From contig NIVC01003735.1 in NCBI GenBank assembly GCA_002269645.1, positions 1 to 21,007 of the forward strand: a stretch of DNA of 21,007 nt. The letters are read 5' to 3'. The DNA comes from Macrostomum lignano. Taxonomy: Eukaryota. The translations under genes were made by a program, and so were the position numbers. Of the stretch, positions 14,401-21,007 are shown in pieces (positions within the stretch are counted from its first letter, which is position 1; every line of letters starts with the position of its first letter). The notes below the pieces were generated by a model. It had not been told where the DNA came from and ran no database searches. It saw only the letters and a list, made by a program, of their open reading frames with translations.

Positions 14401-16643
14401 TTTCAAAACAGACCCAGCATTAGTTGAACACGTTCTATTAAAGGGTTCCTTTATAGCCTATTAATGATTACTAAAGCAAGCCTATCTTAATTGATTTCTT
14501 TTCCTCGCAGATTCTGAAGTCAGCCACGCCAGCGACATGCCTAAGAGACAAGAATGCGCTTTAACGATCAGCAGCGAGCATTCTGATCTCGCCGCTGCAT
14601 CCGTCATTTGGTTCACTTGCTGCTCACAAGCCGCAGCAGCAGCAGCAGCAGCAGCCGCTATCCGTGCAGGCAGTCAGTCTATTTGTGAATTTTCTGGTGG
14701 ATCTGAAGAAAACCCGTCCGGCACAGGATTAAAGAGAAAGAGACGATCTGTTTTGGGTGAGTATTATCTGCTGTAGAAGTATTGTACACCAGAGTACTTG
14801 TGTTACTGGTAGAGCACAATTCAAAAGCAATGCAACAATCTCAGTGGCATTGTTGGGACACAAGCTACAAACGCAATGAATAGTAAACACAGCCCAGCCT
14901 AGCTCAAGGCTAGTAATTTGTTGGGCATTTATTGGGACATTGCAGCCAGGCCTATTTTTTGAACAGCATTTGTTGGGTCGCACTTATTGGGACAATACTG
15001 ATTCTAATCGCGACTACTTCTGAGTTCTGACTTTTCAAAACAGACCCAGCATTAGTTGAACACGTTCTATTAAAGGGTTCCTTTATAGCCTATTAATGAT
15101 TACTAAAGCAAGCCTATCTTAATTGATTTCTTTTCCTCGCAGATTCTGAAGTCAGCCACGCCAGCGACATGCCTAAGAGACAAGAATGCGCTTTAACGAT
15201 CAGCAGCGAGCATTCTGATCTCGCCGCTGCATCCGTCATTTGGTTCACTTGCTGCTCACAAGCCGCAGCAGCAGCAGCAGCAGCAGCAGCAGCCGCTATC
15301 CGTGCAGGCAGTCAGTCTATTTGTGAATTTTCTGGTGGATCTGAAGAAAACCCGTCCGGCACAGGATTAAAGAGAAAGAGACGATCTGTTTTGGGTGAGT
15401 ATTATCTGCTGTAGAAGTATTGTACACCAGAGTACTTGTGTTACTTGGTAGAGCACAATTCAAAAGCAATGCAACAATCTCAGTGGCATTGTTGGGACAC
15501 AAGCTACAAACGCAATGAATAGTAAACACAGCCCAGCCTAGCTCAAGGCTAGTAATTTGTTGGGCATTTATTGGGACATTGCAGCCAGGCCTATTTTTGA
15601 ACAGCATTTGTTGGGTCGCACTTATTGGGACAATACTGATTCTAATCGCGACTACTTCTGAGTTCTGACTTTTCAAAACAGACCCAGCATTAGTTGAACA
15701 CGTTCTATTAAAGGGTTCCTTTATAGCCTATTAATGATTACTAAAGCAAGCCTATCTTAATTGATTTCTTTTCCTCGCAGATTCTGAAGTCAGCCACGCC
15801 AGCGACATGCCTAAGAGACAAGAATGCGCTTTAACGATCAGCAGCGAGCATTCTGATCTCGCCGCTGCATCCGTCATTTGGTTCACTTGCTGCTCACAAG
15901 CCGCAGCAGCAGCAGCAGCAGCAGCCGCTATCCGTGCAGGCAGTCAGTCTATTTGTGAATTTTCTGGTGGATCTGAAGAAAACCCGTCCGGCACAGGATT
16001 AAAGAGAAAGAGACGATCTGTTTTGGGTGAGTATTATCTGCTGTAGAAGTATTGTACACCAGAGTACTTGTGTTACTTGGTAGAGCACAATTCAAAAGCA
16101 ATGCAACAATCTCAGTGGCATTGTTGGGACACAAGCTACAAACGCAATGAATAGTAAACACAGCCCAGCCTAGCTAAAGGCTAGTAATTTGTTGGGCATT
16201 TATTGGGACATTGCAGCCAGGCCTATTTTTTGAACAGCATTTGTTGGGTCGCACTTATTGGGACAATACTGATTCTAATCGCGACTACTTCTGAGTTCTG
16301 ACTTTTCAAAACAGACCCAGCATTAGTTGAACACGTTCTATTAAAGGGTTCCTTTATAGCCTATTAATGATTACTAAAGCAAGCCTATCTTAATTGATTT
16401 CTTTTCCTCGCAGATTCTGAAGTCAGCCACGCCAGCGACATGCCTAAGAGACAAGAATACGCTTTAACGATCAGCAGCGAGCATTCTGATCTCGCCGCTG
16501 CATCCGTCATTTGGTTCACTTGCTGCTGCCAAGCTGCAGCAGCATCAGCAGCAGCAGCAGCAGCAGCAGCAGCCGCTAACTGTGCAGCAGTCAGTTATTT
16601 CATGAGTTTTCTGGCGGAGCTGGTTATTTTTTTAATTTTCTGA
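1..16643 (+). CDS. Candidate multi-exon gene (5' part outside window) made of tandem symmetric phase-1 exons encoding DSEVSHASDMPKRQECALTISSEHSDLAAASVIWFTCCSQ(A)nIRAGSQSICEFSGGSEENPSGTGLKRKRRSVL; no recognised homologue
   Basis: Every unit has an AG acceptor with a polypyrimidine tract and a GTGAGT donor. The donor-side G plus acceptor-side AT forms an in-frame GAT (Asp). The other two frames stop early (CTT TAA; TTC TGA). Frame-intact exons: 1139-1402, 4331-4579, 7510-7761, 9416-9667, 10055-10303, 10690-10944, 11973-12218, 12605-12856, 14511-14756, 15143-15394, 15781-16026. The other 14 full copies have 1-nt indels. There is no transcript evidence. Confidence 0.55.
1139..1402 (+). CDS. Representative intact repeat exon (264 nt, 88 codons, 16-Ala tract), phase 1 to phase 1
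   Basis: It is preceded by TTTCTTTTCCTCGCAG (ending 1138) and followed by GTGAGTA (from 1403). The length is divisible by 3 and there is no stop in the frame containing the ATG at 1165. Confidence 0.55.
1261..1299 (+). repeat. (GCA)n trinucleotide tract embedded in every unit; representative copy
   Basis: A GCA run is visible in each unit. The ORF track shows 10-16 consecutive Ala depending on the copy. Confidence 0.97.
1403..1788 (+). other. Representative repeated GT-AG intron (~386-387 nt)
   Basis: It starts GTGAGTA and ends CTTAATTGATTTCTTTTCCTCGCAG, a branch-point-like CTTAAT followed by a pyrimidine tract and CAG. It is repeated almost identically in every unit. Confidence 0.65.
16414..16643 (+). 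CDS. Diverged terminal copy; candidate last coding exon ending AAAANCAAVSYFMSFLAELVIFLIF*
   Basis: It has the same acceptor and the 26-nt spacing to the ATG at 16440. It carries several substitutions, loses homology after about 16620, has no GTGAGT donor, and stops at TGA 16641-16643. Confidence 0.45.
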
Positions 16644-16718
16644 ATCGAGAAGCCGATTAACTGTTGTGTGCTTCACTGGAATATTATTTAGAAGACGCAT
16701 TTTTTGCAGTCTTTTTCT

Positions 16719-16724
16719 AATAAA
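16719..16724 (+). promoter_or_regulatory. Candidate polyadenylation signal AATAAA
   Basis: AATAAA lies about 75 nt after the terminal stop. It is followed by T/GT-rich sequence (TTTGCTTTTTATAGTATTTGTGTATATTCTTTTT, about 16758-16791). AATAAA is common in AT-rich DNA. Confidence 0.35.
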
Positions 16725-16794
16725 ATCCGGTGCAATGACCGCGGTAGAGCTCTAGCATTTGCTTTTTATAGTATTTGTGTATATTCTTTTTCAA

Positions 16795-17660
16795 GCTATG
16801 CTGGAATTGTTGGGACAGCCCCATCCACACTGGCTATGGTGGAATTGTTGGGACAGCCCCATCCACACTGGCTATGGTGGAATTGTTGGGACAGCCCCAT
16901 CCACACTGGCTATGCTGGAATTGTTGGGACAGCCCCATCCACACTGGCTATGCTGGAATTGTTGGGACAGCCCCATCCACACTGGCTATGGTGGAATTGT
17001 TGGGACAGCCCCATCCACACTGGCTATGCTGGAATTGTTGGGACAGCCCCATCCACACTGGCTATGCTGGAATTGTTGGGACAGCCCCATCCACACTGGC
17101 TATGCTGGAATTGTTGGGACAGCCCCATCCACACTGGCTATGGTGGAATTGTTGGGACAGCCCCATCCACACTGGCTATGCTGGAATTGTTGGGACAGCC
17201 CCATCCACACTGGCTATGGTGGAATTGTTGGGACAGCCCCATCCACACTGGCTATGCTGGAATTGTTGGGACAGCCCCATCCACACTGGCTATGGTGGAA
17301 TTGTTGGGACAGCCCTATCCACACTGGCTATGGTGGAATTGTTGGGACAGCCCTATCCACACTGGCTATGGTGGAATTGTTGGGACAGCCCTATCCACAC
17401 TGGCTATGCTGGAATTGTTGGGACAGCCCCATCCACACTGGCTATGCTGGAATTGTTGGGACAGCCCTATCCACACTGGCTATGGTGGAATTGTTGGGAC
17501 AGCCCCATCCACACTGGCTATGCTGGAATTGTTGGGACAGCCCCATCCACACTGGCTATGCTGGAATTGTTGGGACAGCCCTATCCACACTGGCTATGGT
17601 GGAATTGTTGGGACAGCCCTATCCACACTGGCTATGGTGGAATTGTTGGGACAGCCCCAT
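16795..17660. repeat. 38-bp minisatellite, ~23 copies: GCTATG(C/G)TGGAATTGTTGGGACAGCCC(C/T)ATCCACACTG
   Basis: Read directly from the sequence. The 38-aa periodicity of the three overlapping ORFs equals 3 x 38 nt. There are two recurrent variant positions and no spacers. Confidence 0.97.
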
Positions 17661-18277
17661 ACTATAGTGTGTGCTGGCTTCTGCTATAGTGTGGTTCATT
17701 TCCGCATCCTTTTACGTAGCATTCTGTGGGTCCGAATAGCTGACATGTACCTTTTGAGTAATTCTAGTGATTGTGTCATAATCAATAAAGTACATTTTTA
17801 TGAACAGTGGAGTTTCGCTACAGAATTGTTTTTTCCCAGTGGCACTAAATGTAGCAAATTTTGTTTATTCAGATCGTAAAATTTTTTTGATATGTGTCAA
17901 TGTCGTTTGTCTTCGATAACCTTAAAGTCCCTTGCCATTTACCATCCTGTCTTCTATAATCTATGATCGCTGAAATTATCTGGTGAAATTTGACGCGCTG
18001 ATATTATTGCCTTAGTGGAATTCAGCAAGACACCAGGGTTTTTAAATTCTGTTTTAGACAAGTATACATGTACAATCTGTTGTGAGTTCAATGCACCTCG
18101 AAAAATGCTTTCCAACTGTTTTCAGTAAGCCAAAAGCATGTTGTCAATAAAAATCTATTTGGTGGGTTGAAAATTGCCTGTGTGGGGACGTGTGTGTGTG
18201 TGATTTTTCGTGTGTCGGAGCAGTCCCAATATGTGCAAGTTTTTGCACACTTGGCCAATAAGTGCCTCGTGCACGTT

Positions 18278-18419
18278 TGTGTGTGTGTGTGTGTGTGTCT
18301 GTCTGTCTGCCTGTCTGTCCGTCTGTCTTTCTGCCTGTCTTAGTGTCTGTCTGTCTGCCTGTCTGTCTGTCTGCCTGTCTGTCTTTCTGTCTGTCTGTCT
18401 GTCTGCCTGTCTGTATTAG

Positions 18420-18490
<71 letters not shown>
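18278..18490. repeat. Compound microsatellite: (GT)n, then degenerate (GTCT/GCCT)n, then pure (GTCT)n at about 18421-18490
   Basis: Read directly from the sequence. Confidence 0.97.
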
Positions 18491-18494
<4 letters not shown>

Positions 18495-18945
18495 TTTTCT
18501 GTGTATTTGGCTGACTTGGTGCCCGTCTTTATCATATCATACTCCAAATGATACTTTCTATTTTCCTTTTACATGCAATGAAAAATCAATAACCAAAGAA
18601 CTGGATCTGTCAGCAGAGACAAGTCCTTTATTTGCGATTATAAATTATCACAGACATCTTGTTCGAGAATATAAATAATCAAATAAAGTAAAATGTCAGT
18701 AAGAATTTTGGCATTCAGGTTTTTCTGCAATTATCAGTTAAAATTATAGAATCACAATGCTGTGTGTACGTCGCAGATAAACTTTTTGAAATTTGACAAA
18801 GGTAAAATTCCAAATGGCAAGGAATTACATGTAAAATACGAATTAATAAATTTAGCTATACTACTGCATTGAATAATATATTATATCACGAAAAATGGTA
18901 GAGAGGCACTTGCTTTAGAAAGACCGAAAGGAGAATCCTAAAAAT
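18419..18945 (+). repeat. Copy 1 of a ~500-bp diverged direct duplication (GTCT tract plus AT-rich flank)
   Basis: It shares identical blocks with 20385-20892, for example AAGAATTTTGGCATTCAGGTTTTTCTGCAA (18701-18730 vs 20656-20685) and AAGGTAAAATTCCAAATGGC (18799-18818 vs 20761-20780). Boundaries are approximate. Confidence 0.85.
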
Positions 18946-18950
18946 TCAGG

Positions 18951-20196
18951 AGCCAGGCACTCATTTTGGCGCCACAGACAGGCTCTTATTTTGGCGCCAC
19001 AGCCAGGCTCTCATTTTGGCGCCACAGACAGGCTCTTATTTTGGCGCCACAGCCAGGCTCTCATTTTGGCGCCACAGACAGGGGCTCATTTTGGCGCCAC
19101 AGCCAGGCTCTCATTTTGGCGCCACAGACAGGCTCTTATTTTGGCGCCACAGCCAGGCTCTCATTTTGGCGCCACAGACAGGCTCTTATTTTGGCGCCAC
19201 AGCCAGGCTCTCATTTTGGCGCCACAGACAGGGGCTCATTTTGGCGCCACAGCCAGGCTCTCATTTTGGCGCCACAGACAGGGCTCATTTTGGCGCCGCA
19301 GCCAGGCTCTCATTTTGGCGCCACAGACAGGGGCTCATTTTGGCGTCACAGCCAGGCTCTCATTTTGGCGCCACAGACAGGCTCTTATTTTGGCGCCACA
19401 GCCAGGCTCTCATTTTGGCGCCACAGACAGGGGCTCATTTTGGCGCCACAGCCAGGCTCTCATTTTGGCGCCACAGACAGGCTCTCATTTTGGCGCCACA
19501 GCCAGGCTCTCATTTTGGCGCCAAAGACAGGCTCTTATTTTGGCGCCACAGCCAGGCTCTCATTTTGGCGCCACAGACAGGGGCTCATTTTGGCGCCACA
19601 GCCAGGCTCTCATTTTGGCGCCACAGACAGGGGCTCATTTTGGCGCCACAGCCAGGCTCTCATTTTGGCGCCACAGACAGGAGCTCATTTTGGCGCCACA
19701 GCCAGGCTCTTATTTTGGCGCCACAGCCAGGCTCTTATTTTGGCGCCACAGCCAGGCTCTCATTTTGGCGCCACAGACAGGGGCTCATTTTGGCGCCACA
19801 GCCAGGCTCTCATTTTGGCGCCACAGACAGGGGCTCATTTTGGCGCCACAGCCAGGCTCTCATTTTGGCGCCACAGCCAGGCTCTCATTTTAGCGCCGCA
19901 GACAGGCGCTCATTGTGGCGCCGCAGACAGGCACTTATTTTGGCGCCGCAGACAGGCACTCATTTTGGCGCCGCAGACAGGCGCTCATTTTGGCGCCGCA
20001 GACAGGCGCTCATTGTGGCGCGCAGACAGGCACTCATTTTGGCGCCGCAGACAGGCGCTCATTGTGGCGCCGCAGACAGGCACTCATTTTGGCGCCGCAG
20101 ACAGGCGCTCATTGTGGCGCCGCAGACAGGCACTCATTTTGGCGCCGCAGACAGGCGCTCATTGTGGCGCCGCAGACAGGCACTCATTTTGGCGCC
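18951..20196. repeat. 25-bp minisatellite, ~50 copies, core CTCATTTTGGCGCC(A/G)CAG(A/C)CAGG, with alternating subunits
   Basis: Read directly from the sequence. ORF starts at 18966, 18991 and 19016 are spaced by 25 nt. AGACA and AGCCA units alternate in the 5' part, and a GGCGCCGCAGACA variant takes over after about 19890. Confidence 0.97.
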
Positions 20197-20384
20197 CTGA
20201 AGTGAAATTATTGATTTCGATAACAGTTCAAAAAGCGGGGCGGGTGGGGTGGTGGCAAAGCCCCTGCACAATCATCAAACAAAGTGAAATTCTGCCCATT
20301 CCGCTCACTCCTGAGCACATACCAGCGCACCAATATAGCTATGCCCCTAAGCGAGAACGTTTCATAATCAAAAAATAAATTATA

Positions 20385-20385
20385 G

Positions 20386-20463
<78 letters not shown>

Positions 20464-20892
20464 CTTGGTTGGCCATCTCCTATAACATAATATTTCAAAT
20501 GATACTTAGTATTTACCTTCTATAGGCATAGAAAAACCAATAACTAAAAAATACGAGTATTATTCTGTCATCAGAGAAGTTTTATTTCAACGATTACGAC
20601 TTGTCACAGACATCTGGTTCGAGAATATAAAAAGAATAAATGTAAAGGTGTAAGGAAGAATTTTGGCATTCAGGTTTTTCTGCAACTAGGAGCGTATTAG
20701 TTAAAACTATGAAACAACATGCTGTGTGTACATCGCAAATAAACTCTGAAAAAATTGACGAAGGTAAAATTCCAAATGGCTAGGAATTATTATACTACTG
20801 GATAAACTGGACTTTACTACTGCATTGAATGATTATATTAGGCAAAAAGGCACTTGAGCCTCAGAAAGGACGGAAGGAAAAGCTTTAAAAAA
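20385..20892 (+). repeat. Copy 2 of the ~500-bp diverged direct duplication
   Basis: Blocks are colinear with copy 1 at an offset of about 1.96 kb: CAAATGATACTT, TCACAGACATCT-GTTCGAGAATATAAA, ATGCTGTGTGTAC, TACTACTGCATTGAAT and AGGCACTTG. Confidence 0.85.
20387..20462. repeat. (GTCT)19 microsatellite
   Basis: A pure 76-nt tract preceded by TATAGT. Confidence 0.98.
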
Positions 20893-21007
20893 TAGATCTG
20901 TAAAAAGATACGACCAAAATACACAACTGGAAACCAAATGGATCAATAATAATTGGTTCTAATTGTGTATATTAAAAAATCAAAACATATCACTTGGATA
21001 TATAAAT

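Larger units (their letters stand above)
1..16620. repeat. Tandem array of a ~637-bp unit (partial first unit, 25 full units, diverged terminal unit); truncated by the window start
   Basis: The junction CCTCGCAG|ATTCTGAAG recurs 26 times, with the A of ATTCTG at 484, 1139, 1789, 2422, 3059, 3693, 4331, 4967, 5598, 6237, 6871, 7510, 8149, 8782, 9416, 10055, 10690, 11332, 11973, 12605, 13244, 13877, 14511, 15143, 15781 and 16414. Mean period is (16414-484)/25, about 637 bp. Units are near-identical apart from the (GCA)n length and a few small variants. Confidence 0.98.

Noticed and set aside
16-16161. Repeated minus-strand ORFs (MRPNKCCSKN..., 70-123 aa)
   Set aside because: They lie antisense across the donor and intron and recur only because the unit recurs. 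Their length toggles between 84 and 101 aa with a 1-nt intron variant. There is no comparably strong minus-strand splice-site pair and no recognisable domain.
16795-17660. CRISPR-like repeat length (38 bp)
   Set aside because: The units are directly adjacent with no unique spacers, and the context is eukaryotic with no cas genes.
16704-17879. Three long overlapping ORFs (302-391 aa) over the 38-bp repeat
   Set aside because: The unit simply lacks plus-strand stops, so all three frames are open and give the same cyclic peptide. This is a typical minisatellite artefact.
20237-20255. G-rich GGGGCGGGTGGGGTGGTGG as a G-quadruplex or Sp1 promoter element
   Set aside because: It has only three runs of at least 3 G, it is a single isolated GC box, and there is no associated gene start.
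20337-20350. AGCTATGCCCCTAA as a possible MITE terminal inverted repeat end
   Set aside because: I found no matching inverted partner or target-site duplication in the window.
18966-20378. Long ORFs (96-470 aa) over the 25-bp repeat
   Set aside because: Same artefact: a stop-free non-3n unit that is open in all plus-strand frames.
18210-20498. ORFs with CLSV/RQTD repeats (18210-18419, 18262-18678, 20208-20498)
   Set aside because: These are translations of GT and GTCT microsatellites.

Overview
This is a eukaryotic window, probably animal, made almost entirely of repeats. No prokaryotic genes, RNA genes or CRISPR arrays are supportable. Bases 1-~16640 are a head-to-tail array of a ~637-bp unit: a partial first unit, 25 full copies and one diverged terminal copy, and the array runs off the 5' edge. 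Each unit looks like one exon plus one intron, with a strong 3' splice site (CTTAAT...TTTCTTTTCCTCGCAG|AT) and a canonical 5' splice site (TTGG|GTGAGT). These flank a 246-264-nt symmetric phase-1 exon that is open in only one frame. Splicing would give a polyprotein of 82-88-aa modules, each with 4 Cys, a variable poly-Ala tract and a KRKRR|SV basic site. The diverged last exon ends in a hydrophobic tail, a stop codon and an AATAAA. Fourteen of the 25 full exons carry small indels, mostly at two sites, which may be assembly errors. Downstream lie a 38-bp minisatellite, a GT/GTCT microsatellite, a 25-bp minisatellite rich in TTTTGGCGCC, a second GTCT tract, and a ~500-bp diverged duplication that follows both GTCT tracts. 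The long ORFs over the minisatellites and the minus-strand ORFs are treated as repeat artefacts. No database search was possible, so all functional ideas are hypotheses.
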